64,000 bases of DNA from contig OZ024750.1 in assembly GCA_964016885.1 (NCBI GenBank), positions 8,804,001 through 8,868,000 on the forward strand, written 5' to 3'. Shown here piece by piece: positions 41,781 through 55,795 of the stretch. The stretch is from Eledone cirrhosa. Its lineage: Eukaryota. The notes beneath the pieces are model-generated. The model worked only from the letters and a program-made list of their open reading frames with translations. It did not search any database and was not told the origin of the DNA. Each line of letters starts with the position of its first letter. Position 1 is the first letter of the stretch. The translations under genes and the position numbers were made by a program.

Positions 41781-43414
41781 TAAGAAACACTGCGAAATAT
41801 GTAATGAATAATTAAGTTTCAGAATGAACAATATATATATACGTATACACACACACACACACACACACGTATATTCATGTGTTTGTGTTTAAATATTCCA
41901 TTTGTATGTGAACATATTAAAAATACATCCAATACTTCCAGTCTTTATATACAAACTATTATATTTGGGGTAGAAAATACACACAATGTTTAAATGTGAA
42001 ATAAATATTTGATAAAGAGACATTTTAAATAACTTTTGACAGTTATCTTTTGTATATGTCTGCTATATAATTATTACTGTTGTTATTACTATTAATGTTT
42101 ATACTGATGTGAATTAACAAGTGGAACGTTAAAACATAAAATAGAATATTTTAAACAGATTATAAATATGGATGTCAAATATATTCTTTCAAAGATGTTT
42201 TGCTACATTCCTACCGCCATTTGTTTATGGTATTTATTGTTGTTAATGTTGATTTTTTGTTATTGATGTTGTTTTATTTAGTTCTACCTAATAACCCCTG
42301 ATTTTAGTAAGCATGGATTCGTCTTTGACATATCTGGATTGTTTTAAGAACTTTCCTAAAATAAAATTCCTTTATTTGCCATTAATTCTTCTAAATTTAT
42401 AAATATTATTAAATGTGTTATTTATTTAATGTGGACATAGTAATGGGTAAGTGGTTAGGAATTTCCTTTCCCAATACTGTGATCCAGGATTTAATCCCAC
42501 TAAATATTATATCGTGGACAAATGTGTGTTCAAACATAGCCTCGGTTTGACCCAGCCTTATGAGCGAAGCCCGTCAAATGAAGTATACCTGTAGTTGAAA
42601 GATTCAACCCTGTACTATTTTATGTCACACTGATTCTTCTTAGGAATTATTTAACCTGTTATACGTTAATTCAATTCCTCGAATATTTAAATGGTCGTAA
42701 TCAAAACAGACAGAACAATCTTCATAATACATCTAAGATTTCATTTTCTATATTGCCCCTCCTTTCCGTGTTGTGTTTGTTCTGGGTGCGATCTTTGCTG
42801 CTAATTCTAGCAGATCAAGTCGTCCTTCGCCCATCAAATTCTCGACTTTCAGCAATCGAAGAAACATTATCGAATTTTTTTTTATTATCTTTATGTCTAA
42901 GGTGAAGTCATTTCTGTAAGAGCAATCGTTAATAAATATAACATTATCCTAATTACTTCGAGTGTACGAATAGATTTTAACCATCTCGGCCTTCATACAC
43001 TTTTTGTCTTATTTTACCAATTTTATTAACAAAAGGAAAATAGGAAAAACACGCAAAGACCATTAATTTATCGTCGAGATAGAATATGATTGGGTGTTGT
43101 TCATGTTTATCACAAGAACAGTTAACAAGACGAAGGAATAATGTTTATAACGTACCCAGAGCACGAATTCATATCCTCAAAGCTATAAATCTATACTGAC
43201 TTAAATCAAAGTATTTATGAAATAACCTTATAATATGGTAACACAATGCACCACTTGGTTAAAGAAATTGCTCAATATCATTGTAAGGGTTATTTAGAAA
43301 TTCAATATCATTATGAAGGTCGTTTATTTTAGTATTTCATAAAGTTTACTACCATTATTAATATTGCAAATACTAATATAGTTGCCATCTTTGGATAAGC
43401 TCTTTCTGATGTGA

Positions 43415-43648
43415 ATATGTAATGTATATATATATATATGTATGCATATAGATATATATATGTATATATGTTTATATATGTAAATATATATGTATATATG
43501 TTTATATATATTTATATATATATATATGTTTATATATATATATACATATATATATATACGTATGTATGTATATATGTTTATATATATTTATATATATATA
43601 TATATGTTTATATATATTTATATATATATATATATGTTTATATATATT

Positions 43649-43681
<33 letters not shown>

Positions 43682-43951
43682 GTTTATATATATTTATATA
43701 TATATATATATGTTTATATATATTTATATATATATATATATGTTTATATATATTTATATATATATATATATGTTTATATATATTTATATATATATATATA
43801 TGTTTATATATATATATACATATATATATATACATATATATACATATATATATATACATATATATACATATATATATATACATATATATATATACATATA
43901 TATACATATATATATATACAAATATATATATACATATACATATATATATAC

Positions 43952-44017
<66 letters not shown>

Positions 44018-44140
44018 ATATATATGTGTGTGTGTGTATATGTGTGTGTATATATATATGTGTGTGTGTATGTGTATATATGCGTGTGTGTGTGTGTGTA
44101 TATATATATATGTGTGTGTGTATGTACCTGTATGTATGTA
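43415..44140. repeat. (TA)/(TTTA)/(TACA)/(TG) compound microsatellite
   Basis: Direct reading, with ~30-bp periodic blocks at 43570-43800. Confidence 0.95.
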
Positions 44141-45712
44141 TAAACATAGAGTTAGTTATCGTACTAAAGTTGGTGATAACTTTGTAATAACATCTTAAAC
44201 GCAATGGAAATTATTCCGTAAGATGAATATTTTCAATGAATTTATGTTGTTGTTTTGGGGGGTTTTTTCTGTTAAAATAATGGTTCTTTCAGAAAGAGAA
44301 TTACTGGCCAAAAAGCAATGAAGCGGAATCTTCGAAATAGATATCTTCGCTCACGGACTGCTAAATTCTAAATATATAAATATAAAGATAAAGATATAAA
44401 TAAGTTGAAGATTAAGGCATATAAAAAATATATTAAATATTATTAAATATTATCACGCATTCTAGTGCGAGACTTATCATATTGGACACATCTGGATATT
44501 AAATCATCAAATCTGTCTAAAGATATGAATGTGTCCATATCTTTCTGTCTAGCAGTCACTCTATTTCTTACTTTTAGCCACGTCTTTTGATCGTTTTTTC
44601 TCCATATATATATTTAAGGAACAAGGATTCAGTGTTGCATCATACCATATTTAATAACACATCACCTTACAACTATATATATATGTATAGTTTATGTAAC
44701 TGTGCTCTAAGCAGCTGAAGTAGGGAAAAGCGGACGTAAAATGATGATGATGATGATGACGATGTGTGTGTGTATGTAATTTGAGATGGCAAACTAGTTC
44801 CACTTGACATAAAAATAATAAAGTAGTTTAAATCAGATTGGTAATTCTATTCATTTACTTTATTCGTTAAATTGAAATAACTTTAAATATCTAATTCGTA
44901 TTTGGTAAGTCATGTGGAATATGCTTGATTAGCCTAAGTTTTTCACTACACATCGTAAAAACTATTACATTTTCCAATAGATAGGATATTCAGAATAAAA
45001 AAAGAAATTTCCTTGATAGAGTACTGTTACTAAGTCAGCAGGAGGCACATGGTTTGTTTGTCATATAATAATAACGCTGGAAATTGATATTCTTCGGATA
45101 AAGCACCACAAGGTTAATTACATAACAGCATGCTAACGTGAAGAGCTTTATAATATGCTATGAATGAATACAATGGCAAACAAATATCTTATATATGATA
45201 TGTTGGATAACTTTGCAAAAGCACAAAAAAGGGGGAAACAAATGACAAAATAAGACAAAGAAATTTATGAATAAATAAAAGAAATCGTTGTTAATAGTAA
45301 ACATATGATTAAAACTTTTCAAAATAGGATTGAATGTTTTCCTCTCTATTTATGAATGAAAAGCATTTACACTATAAGCTTGATATGGCAATAACGCATA
45401 TATATTTCCCCATCAGTTACAAATTTAATTTAAAATACCATTCGTCAAACTTCATCTACTCCTCTCTCTCTCTCTCTAATATCTCATCTATTATTCACTG
45501 TAAACATTACAATATGGTTTGTAAATGAGTTTTAATGAATTAAGACATGTCCAAAATGCATTCCCTTCTATTACTAAATAAGAAACTCAATCCTCGTTGC
45601 TTCCTCTTGTTTATCTTAAAAGATTTATATCCTGGAGTTTGTCTCCTTCACTTTTCTTGATTTGAGCTAATCAATAGCATAATCTTCGACTCTTTGTATT
45701 GTGTGTGATTTT

Positions 45713-46020
45713 AAAATAATAATAATAATGAAAATTATTGTGCACAGTGTTCAGGTACACTGCAACTCATGAAAGGTGCATGTATATTACATAGAATAAT
45801 GTACAAATGTTAGGAAAGTGATCAGTGTATGAGTCATGGTATACACACAGATACACACGCATGCATGCATGCGTTGGGGGGGGGGGTATCAGGTGTAGTG
45901 CTGGCGAATTTTGGGAAGCATGGAAGTTTTGAAAGATGCAGTTTCCCGACAACTGATGCAGGTAGTTTGTTCCATGCTTCAGCAACTCTGAGCGTGGAAA
46001 AATGTTTCCGAAATTAAAAG
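45713..46020 (-). mobile_element. CR1-type LINE 3' end
   Basis: Minus strand FRKHFSTLRVAEAWNKLPASVV, then a 3' UTR and an (ATT)n tail. Confidence 0.8.
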
Positions 46021-46940
46021 CCATGACTAATTACGTACAGTTTGCGCACGTTTTAGCTATTGCCTGTTGACGCCACACGCGATCCTGGCCATTTTCCCAT
46101 ATTATTCGCGTGGTCTTTATTTGCTGCTCATAAATTTTCTCATTTACAGACTTGGAGTTGTTGATTTAAATTCTCCTTCTTTTGTGTTCAAACACAATCT
46201 GTAGAATTTTGTATCTTCTCTACTTCAAATACTTCTAGTAACATTTGCTTTACTTTAATTCATCTTGATCCACTACTACCACTGACACTACTACTACTAC
46301 TACACCATGACAGTCTCCTAGTTTGCAATTGTGTTCTACAGTACTTGCTTATCAAATCCACGTTGAGGTTGAACGATACATTTGAAACGGTGTTATGAAA
46401 TATAAAATATTTCAGGATTCCTATTTGTTTAATATCCTACATGATAGGGCAGTTAATATTTCTGAAATATTGAACAAATTTATTACAAGTTTTAAATATA
46501 ATGTAGAATAAGATAAAATTAAATTAAATTTAAAAAAAAACCAGATATAATACATCTTGTGTTGCTATGGAAGAAACCAATAATTTTTTTACAATTCTTC
46601 ATATTAATTCTACTATGAACATATTCTGCAGGCTTCTGAAATTCAACTGTGTTTAAGTTTATTTATTTATTTATGATTTTTCCAGTTCTGTCCTTAGGTT
46701 AATATCACGTCTAACTTCAAAGTAATATATTCGTGCGTTCAATCTCTGAGACAATATCCTTTTCTGGATTTTTTTTCGGGATGTCTTTTGTTTTTTCCCA
46801 CTTTTCGTTGTTGTTGTTTTCTATAAAGTCCTAGAGGCATGTCAAAATTATAATCTCCCTCTTCTCTCTCTCTTCTCTCTCTCTTTATATATATATTAAA
46901 ATACAAATATTAATAAAATAGATGTTCTTTTGATCAATTA

Positions 46941-46995
46941 CATTTTATTATACATATTTCGGATGTACAACAGTACGTCCTCATCAGACAAAATA
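46941..46995 (-). ncRNA. Minimal type I hammerhead ribozyme motif with canonical core
   Basis: Minus strand: TATTTTGT - CTGATGA - GGACGTAC tgtt GTACATCC - GAAA - TATGTA - TA - ATAAAATG. Helix I is 8 bp with G:U pairs, helix II pairs 7/8, helix III region is near-palindromic, cleavage triplet AUA. Flanked by (TA)n. Confidence 0.75.
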
Positions 46996-47073
46996 TAATG
47001 ATACATGACATACCCATTCTTTGTTATACTCATTGAATCCTGTTTAACTATTTAATATATATATATATATATA

Positions 47074-47258
47074 GTTGTTTCTGCTTTTGACACAAAGCCA
47101 GCAATTATCCCAGTGTATTACTCGTGCTTTATTTTATCGACCCCGTAAGGATGAAAGGCAAAGTCAACCTCGGCGGGATTTGAACTCAGATCGTAAAGGG
47201 ATGTAACTATGCTGGAAAGCATGGCGTCCGACCCTCTACCGGTACTGCCAATCCACCG
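47074..47258 (-). mobile_element. tRNA-derived SINE
   Basis: Full-length family match, followed by older fragments to ~47540. Confidence 0.9.
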
Positions 47259-47543
47259 TATGTTTTGTAATAATGATTTCTGAATTAGTCACAAATCCAG
47301 CATTTCTGAGTAGGGAAAAGTCAATAGCGTCGACCAATACACTTTATTTTTCGACACCCAAAGGATGGAATACAAAGTATACACCGTTGTGATTTGTAGT
47401 CAGAAAATTCAATGCTATAACTATATGTTAAAAAATATTCTATCAACCCACAACCTTTCTTTGTTTTGTAATAATTGTTTCTAACATAGGCAGAAACAAA
47501 GTAAATTTAGAGGATGGGAAAGATGATTAAATTGCCCCGGTAC

Positions 47544-47770
47544 TTTAAAGAGCATAAATCCGGCAAGGTCTCTTGGAAGGATGATATTCAAGTCGAGGTG
47601 TTTAAGGTCTTAAATAGAGAAGATATTACTTAACTCGTCTGAAGGTGGTCTCCAACATGCACTTGGCAAGTTTGCTGCCGTAAGTGTAAAAGCCAAACTC
47701 GTTATCTTCAATTTGGTATTCGTGGCAACCTTTATCTATGGTCATGAATCTTGGCTAATGATCGAAGGAT
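47544..47770 (+). mobile_element. Internally deleted RTE reverse-transcriptase remnant
   Basis: KSGKVSWKDDIQVEVFKVLNRE, SSEGGLQHALGKFAA and SVKAKLVIFNLVFVATFIYGHESW: three normally distant RTE ORF blocks juxtaposed. Confidence 0.7.
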
Positions 47771-48429
47771 TTCATGGATATGTGGCTGTTATTTCTAGCA
47801 ATTCAAGCGACAATGTAGACATACTTTCGCTGCAGATTCAGTTAAGATATCCGAAAATTAATTATACCCTTCTGTTAACAGGATATAACTGCACGTAATT
47901 TATAAATTTGCTTACATTTCTTATCCAAAACTAAAATGCTGATGACACCCCATAGAGTGTTTTTAAATATTTGAAATCTATTTGTCAACTTTATGAGAAA
48001 CATTATTATTTATTCAAGTGGATATTTGGAATATAGTTTCCCTTACCTCCATTGAATGAACGAACTATGTGAAGGGGGTTTTATATTGTGCAACAACACT
48101 CGCCATCATATATTGTCACAGAGGTAATAAATTATCTTTCATTCAATATAAGGAATATTGACTAATGTGAATACATCCTGGGATTGTGAGACAAATAATA
48201 TAGAATAAAAGCTCAACAATTGCTATAAAAATAATGAAGTGTGTATTAAGATATCGATCACCAACGGTGTATGTAATTTTAAATTGACGTCATGCGAGCA
48301 GCAATTGTAGACGACAAACCAATAATAATATAGCAGTTAATTATAGTATCGGCGATAAGGCTATGGAGTATATGTACATATGTGCCTGTGTGTAGTACAC
48401 TAACTGGGTAATAGACATACTTTATCTCT

Positions 48430-48613
48430 AATAATGATTTCTACTTTTGGCACAAGGCCAGCAATTACTCAGTACATTACTGGTACTTTATTTTATCGAC
48501 CGCGTAAGGATGAAAGGCAAAGTCAACTTCGACGGGAATTGAACTCAGACCGTAAAGGGACGTAACTATGCTGGAAAGCATGGCGTCCGACCCTCTACCG
48601 ATACTGCCAATTC
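48430..48613 (-). mobile_element. tRNA-derived SINE
   Basis: Family match. A further partial copy lies at ~48865-48990. Confidence 0.9.
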
Positions 48614-48623
48614 ACAAATACTC

Positions 48624-48848
48624 TTTATGGTCCAATGTGACCATGAAATTGAACATCGCAAACCAGATATCGTGGTTATTAATGAAATTAACAAACAATG
48701 TTCGATTCTGGATGCAGCTTGTCCCACTGACAATAAGGCTTGTGACAAAGAATTGAAGAAGGTTGGGAGATATGAACCACTAGCAAGGGAGGAGCAATGA
48801 AAAAGGTTGTGGTAATCTAAGTTGTAGTTGGGGCATTTGGCACAGTGA
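48624..48848 (+). mobile_element. R4/Dong-type non-LTR retrotransposon, restriction-like endonuclease fragment
   Basis: FMVQCDHEIEHRKPDIVVINEINKQCSILDAACPTDNKACDKELKKVGRYEPLARE, then KKVVVI*VVVGAFGTV. Contains the PD..D and K..KY-like motifs of the RLE domain. Confidence 0.85.
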
Positions 48849-49099
48849 GAACCAGAATTAGATGTTATTAGGCACAAGTGTAGCGATTTTGAGGGAGGGA
48901 AAGTCGATTAAATCCACCCCAGTGCGTGACTGGTACTTTATTTTATCGACCCCGTAAAGATGAAAGGCTAAGTTAACCTCGGCGGGATAATGTTATTTAG
49001 CAGCAAAGAGAAGAAACTTAACATTGTCATTTGACCTACTAGATGTAGCAGTCAAATATCCCACAAACCACAGTGTAATGCCTCTTTAAGACAGTACAG

Positions 49100-49291
49100 C
49101 AGACCTACCAACCTCTAAAAACCTAAACGGGGAGTACCATTAAAAAAGGCCACAAAACGGGGAGAAATGAGTCAAAATTAGGAGATTTTACATAATGAAA
49201 GCTATACCTATTTTCACAAGAGAAAACATCTCTCATCCACCCAAAGTTGGTGGGAGATCTTCCCGTTGGACGGGGAGAGTTGGCCGGTCTG
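49100..49291. mobile_element. 192-bp MITE with 6-bp target-site duplication
   Basis: TIRs CAGACCTACCAAC and GTTGGCCGGTCTG. GTACAG is duplicated at 49094-49099 and 49292-49297. Internal repeated CGGGGAG motifs. Confidence 0.7.
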
Positions 49292-49749
49292 GTACAGTGT
49301 GGTTTGCGAGATATTAAAGGAAATGACTCAGTTGATGAATTAATTAAAGATATAACACATCTGAAGAATTAACTAAATTGTCACGACTGGAATGACTTTC
49401 AAAATATCTTTGCTGATTGGGGTTGGTATGGGACTAACAAAACACAACTGATATTAACTGTTTTATAAATAATTCATGAAAGTATATTTATGAATGAATT
49501 CATTTAGGTTTACGGCAAAATTCTATGAATACTAAAGTCTGTAGATAATGTTAACAGCTGTCACAGTTTCCAATGCCAGGACTATTCAAACCATACATTA
49601 GAAAACTAAGACACCATATGTTTAAACATAATAGATTTTTTTTTTATCGCCTTCGGTTCGGAGATATTAATAAATATACTTATTCGCCTACATATGATTC
49701 ACATACTTATTATATATAGGAACCGGCCTTTCAGTAATAATAATAGTAA

Positions 49750-50322
49750 TAATAATTGTTTCTACTTTAGGCACAAGGCCAGCAATTACCCAGTACATTA
49801 CTGGTACTTTATTTTATCGACCCCGTAAGGATGAAAGGCAAAGTTAACCTCAGCGGGATTTGAACTCAGACTGTAAAGGGACGTAACTATGCTAGAAAGG
49901 ATGGCGTCCAACCCTCTACCGATACTGCTAATTCACCACCCTTTCAAATTTAGACACAAGGCTAGAAATTTTGGGGGGAAGGGAAAGTCGATGATATCAC
50001 CCCCAGTGCATGACTGGTACTTTATTTATCGACCCCATAAGGATGAAAGCAAAGCTGACCTCGGCGGGATTTGAACTCAGAATATAAAGGGACCTAAATA
50101 TATGCTGCAAAGCATGGTATCTGACGATCTACCTAATAATAATAATTGTTTCTACTTTTGGCACAAGGCCAACAATTATCTTAGTACATTACTGGTACTT
50201 TATTTTATCGACTCCGTAAGGATTAAAGGCAAAATTAACCTCGGCGGGATTTGAACTCAGATCGTAAAGGGACGTAACTACGTTGGAAAGCATGTCCGAC
50301 CTTTCTACCAATACTGCCAATG
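49750..50322 (-). mobile_element. Three tandem SINE copies
   Basis: Copies at ~49750-49940, 49945-50130 and 50140-50322, associated with (TAA)n. Confidence 0.9.
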
Positions 50323-50348
50323 CAGCACTGTGAATACCTAATAATAAT

Positions 50349-50414
<66 letters not shown>

Positions 50415-50456
50415 ATACACACACACACACATACACACACACATACACACACACAT

Positions 50457-50490
<34 letters not shown>

Positions 50491-50599
50491 GTATATGTGT
50501 GTGTAAATGTGTGAGTGTGTGTGTGTGTGCGCGCGTGTTTAAGCGAAGCAATTTTTAATGGTCAGTTCATGTAATATAATGTTTAAGTAACTCTGTGCC

Positions 50600-50715
50600 A
50601 CAAAGTTAAATATTGCGCAAAAATATCTTTAAAATGTCAGAACAGTAAAATGGTCTGGAAACAGCCATGACCTCAACCCAATTGAAGATTTGTAGAAGGT
50701 CATAAAACATATATT
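50600..50715 (+). mobile_element. Tc1 transposase remnant
   Basis: KWSGNSHDLNPIEDL*KVIK matches the Tc1 WPxxSPDLNPIENLW motif. Confidence 0.7.
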
Positions 50716-50917
50716 ACCCAAGAGGTAGAATGTCTGATGCCACTGGTGTTGCAGCAAGGTTTACTCCATGTTGTCCAAGAATGGGGTGTAATGTCTGCTA
50801 CTCCTTCTCCCCTTCCATGATTCAGTAGTTTTTTTGTTGGTTTTTCGGTTTTTGTTAATTTCGTACTATAAGATTATTTATTATTGATTTTCAGTAAAGA
50901 TTTGTAGGTCGAGTTGA

Positions 50918-51065
50918 TTGATGAGAAATTAAATTCATTAGCTACGTGTTAGAAATACCTGCAAAATAAGAACACACACACACGCACGCACACACTCTCT
51001 CTCATTCATTCTTTTTTTTCTCTCTGGGCCTCACCCTCTCTCGCATAGGGCCATATATATTTATA

Positions 51066-51108
<43 letters not shown>

Positions 51109-51221
51109 ATGTGAAATTAAACTCATTAGCTACGTGTTAGAAATACCTGCAAAATGAAAACACACACACACTCTCTCTCTCTTTTCACTCTCTGCGCCTC
51201 TCCCTCTCTTTCTCACGAAGG

Positions 51222-51266
<45 letters not shown>
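50918..51266. repeat. Local tandem duplication, ~190-bp unit ending in (TA)n
   Basis: tcattagctacgtgttagaaatacctgcaaaat and following CA/CT tracts occur twice. Confidence 0.85.
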
Positions 51267-51271
<5 letters not shown>

Positions 51272-51521
51272 AATATTGCTCCAAAGACCAACCAGATTTA
51301 ACAGCATCAAAACGAATCAAGTGTGGTTTACAATGTATGAAAAGTAGTCAATTATTTTTAAATATAATTCGAGATAAGTATTTTATAATGTTCTAATAAA
51401 CAGTGATCGATCAAATATGAAACCAAATTAAGTACCAGAATTCTAACAAATGAGGAACTCACTGTCATATTCAAATTAATACAATATTCAGGATATAGAT
51501 TAAGGCCACATAATATATATA

Positions 51522-51895
51522 TAATTGTTTTTACTTTGGGCACAAGGCCAGCAATTACCCCAGTGCATGACTGCCTTTCATCCTTATGGGGTCGATAAAA
51601 TAAAGTACCAAAGTTAACCTCGGCGGGATTTGAACTTAGAACGCAAAGGGCCTTAACTCTATGCTACAAAGCATGGCGTCTGATGCTCTACCGATACTGC
51701 CAATTCCCCGCCCTTATAATATATATATATAATGGTTTCTGTTATAGGCACAAGGCTAGCAGTTTATGGGGGTGGGGAAAGTCGATTGAATCGACTCCAG
51801 TGCATGACAGGTACTTTATTTTATCGACTCCGTAAGGATGAAAGACAAAGCTAACCTCACCGGGAATTGAACTCATAATGTTAAGGGCCATAACT
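51522..51895 (-). mobile_element. Two tandem SINE copies, the first with an internal micro-inversion
   Basis: Copies at 51522-51713 and 51730-51895. Segment 51573-51609 is inverted relative to the consensus. Confidence 0.9.
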
Positions 51896-52238
51896 CTAGT
51901 ATATGTGTGAATCTATATATATATATATACACACATAGAGATATCCACGGTAAGTTGTGGGCTCTCGTCTGCAAAGAACTCGATGTAATCCATATGTTGA
52001 AAATGTTGTATGTTAAAATAAATCCCGGAAAACAATAAAACATTAAAAGGAAAACAGAGTCATGATATAAGTTAAAACATTAGAAATATACTTCACGATC
52101 GTTTCTAGGTGATGATAATATATTGTAACTATACTTCGTTATCGATCTATGTAAGGTTAGTTACAAAATATTAGATGAAGAGAATATTTACTTACATGCA
52201 TATCACCAGCTGTTGTCAAAAGCAACATATTATATATT

Positions 52239-52275
<37 letters not shown>

Positions 52276-52480
52276 GGTACTTTATGTACCGACCTTGAAA
52301 GGATAAAAACCGACGTTGATTCGAGTGTGATTTGAACCCAACATGCATTGGACCGGAGCATATAGTGTGACGTTTTTCTGCGACACCCTAACCACCCTCC
52401 CAACTCGTTGCTTTGCTTAGATATTTAGAACAATATCTGCATTGCGGTATAAAATTACTTTTATTGCCGTGGAAGCGATC

Positions 52481-52529
<49 letters not shown>

Positions 52530-52609
52530 CTATATACATATATATATATCCATTTTAAATATCTCCCATAAACACGCAGTCGTGCTCCGACGAACAGTTC
52601 TAGTCGAAG

Positions 52610-52980
52610 CATTATACATTTACTCTTCGCCATGGTAAACGAATCTATCCCATCTTGAACTTTTTATGCTCACTGTTAGCCAATGATAATCCTCGATAGT
52701 TTCTTCTTATCCAACTGTTTACTCATATGTTTATTGTTATGCTAACATTGTCATTGTAAATAGCAAAAGTTTGGACCGGCCCTGTTTCTATGATACACAA
52801 CTACTTGTCATAAATTATCTATATGGTTATTTTTTGTTCCTCTCACCATATTGCAGTTGGAGTTTCGGTGGTCTTATTCCCGCCAGTCACCAATCTGGTA
52901 ATTTGTCAAACCCTTTATCTAAAACCATCTCACCATAATTTTATGTGCACCCATGTATTGGGTCGTCAAGTAATTTATAG
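52610..52980 (-). mobile_element. Decayed LINE RT fragment
   Basis: Minus-strand blocks KLPDW*LAG and RNYRGLSLANSEHKKF, resembling PxW…NYRxI…YK. Confidence 0.45.
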
Positions 52981-55730
52981 AAATTTGTAGAAAAACAACA
53001 AAAATCTATAAATTTCATACTTGACGACCCAAAATTATGATTCTAAGGGCAGATAAATGGTGGAAAACTTTTCTAATTCCTCCCAAATTCTTGATTACTT
53101 TCAAAATTATTTTTAAATCACCGGCAGCGTCTTTCATTAGAAATATGCCAGCAAGAGGGTTAATAAATCGACAAATGTTGTGTGTATATGTATTCAAAGA
53201 TAGTACTAATAATAAAATCAAATTAGATATAATATCATCATAATTAAACAAACCTTGTGCATGCTTGGGGGAAAATTTATTTATTTATAAATGTAATTTG
53301 ATAAGTATTTAGTAATGTTCTATTAAAGAACCAGTGATCGAATAATCTTAAAATAAAAGAAATCACGCTTTACAAATTAATTTTCATGCTTATAAACATT
53401 TGTCTATCAGTAATGAATGCTATTATAATTTACACACTCCCGTTATAAACAAGAAAATAATACAATTTTCACACGCACATCTAAATTTATTTACACTAAT
53501 TCACACTATTTGGTAGCAACAATGTTAAATTACTATTATTTTAACACTGAAGCCAACTGTAAAACTAAATAATTACAAGTCTAGCTGTTGAATTAGAAAT
53601 ACAATATAACAGTTGCAACATAGCTACGAAAAGACTGATATAAAACAACCCTGTAAAGAGATTGACAGATTTCCTATAAGCATAGACATAGTCGAGACAC
53701 ATCACTGAAAATAGCAATACTAAGATTCGTATATATTATTAGGATTTTGTCACACAGCATTTGTTCTTTCTGCACATTGTTATACATTTTTTCATGTACA
53801 TATCTTTTGTTGTTTTCATTTTGAAGAATAGAAGTTCTTTCTCTATTTCTCAAAACGTCAATAATATAGAAAATATAGAAAATATTAATACTTAGATGAA
53901 AAGTCTATTATATCGACCTCGGTATGTCAGTCATATTTTATTTTATAATTTTTGAAGTTAAATTATTTCAAACATATGTTCAAAGCCACGAATCTTTTAG
54001 AGTGTATTTGTAGTGAAATTTAATCAACAGCTCTGCATAACTGCAATAAATTATATCTTCTATGTTTGGACCAGAGGTAAATTTGTCAACCTCTGAATTC
54101 AGAGATATAATAAACATAAATACATCATCGCAAGTTATTTTACCTGTTGTTCTACCGAAATGGTTAACTTTTTAATGAAGAATATAAACAAACGAGAGAT
54201 AATTATTTGTTAACTGGAAAATTATAACGAGATGAGATAAAGTTTGGAATTTCGAAGGGAAGCGCATTGTACAGAAAAGGGAGTTCTAGCATTTTAGTTA
54301 TGTCTATTCATCAAAGACAAAAGACTGTGGAAATAACATGTTGGGTTATTACAAATGACTTTGCAGCAGGAAACAATCCATTCTATTAACAAACAAAATA
54401 TACGGACAAGTTATTATAATCGTTGTTGCTTACTTTTAACATTTTGAAGTTTTCTGAACATATATTCAAATATATATTCAAATATATATTGTTGATGTTG
54501 AAATAATGAGTGAATATTTAAGTTGTTGGCAGGTGATATTCTATTTTTTTGAGAGGACTGTTTTCTTACTATTTGAAATATTTGCTGCTGTGATATATAT
54601 ATAATTTAGTAATCAAAGAATTTTCTTAGCGCATTTAAAATATTTTGTGTGTATTTCCTAAACAAATGCTTACTCTCAAGCGTTTCGTTATTTTAAAGTT
54701 TAAAATAACTAAGTTCTTGTTTAAAATTTAAACAAAGATTTTCTCATTAAAGTTTCGTATTTCTTTTTGCAATCGATTGACGTATTTCATGTTTTGATAA
54801 GTTTAATCGACAATCTCTCTTTTAAAGAATATGTTGTATGTATAAATTATTCTATCATTTCTTCAAAGTCAATTAATCTCCAGTAATTACGGAGACGGAT
54901 TACGTCTAACACTCACATAAACTTACAACAGAGGAAATACCACAAGGCACTTCAAGTGGTGTTTAACAACTCCACTCTATCCTTAACTACGAAAAGGATA
55001 ATTGGCAAATTGAAACTCGGTGCATTTTTAACTCGGAGTGTAAACTTCAGAGCTGTAAAATTCAAGTGATCATTCCCTCTAACACTCTAACTACCCAGCT
55101 AATTCACCGCATTACGAATCCTGACAAACTTATGTAATTTAACTCATGAAATAATTTTTCATGCGATTTACTGATCCTGGAAACTTAATGAACTTAAGAA
55201 AAATGATATTTTCGAAAATAAAATCGAAATGACTAAAATCATTTCAGCTTTAGAAGAAATTCTAAAGCCTATACAATGATTACTCTGTTTGCTGGCCTGA
55301 GATTATACTCGAAATATTTCTGTGCCAAAATATATTTAGGTCTCCTATAAATCATTTTAACACATATATTTGATAAACAATCATTATCATCAACATCACA
55401 TTCTCATATCTGTTAGCTATCATCAGTCTTTATTTATGCATATTTATCAACCAACCAGCTCACTGCATTGCCACATGACCTTCATGTAATATATTCTTAG
55501 AAGATTTTGATCGCATTACAAAGAAATGGTCTATCTGAACGGGTCTCCACAAATATATATATATATATATATATATACATATGACCAAAGATTAGTATGG
55601 TTCGTTGATTACTCAACGAATACAATTTTACAATAGATTAGAAACACTCAACAGAAAAAGCTTTCCTGGAGTTTTTAATATTATTCAAAATGTTAACAAA
55701 TGAAAAATATTCTCAGAATCAAAATATATA

Positions 55731-55795
55731 CTTTATTATATATATTTCAAAGGTACTGTGTTGTTTTTTCAGTACATCCTCATTAGACAAAATAT
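55731..55795 (-). ncRNA. Degenerate hammerhead motif, same family as 46941-46995
   Basis: Minus strand: TATTTTGT CTAATGA GGATGTACTG...CAGTACCTTT GAAA TATATA TA ATAAAG. The G5>A core change predicts inactivity. Flanks resemble the 46.9-kb copy (…gacaaaatata…tgacatacc). Confidence 0.6.
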
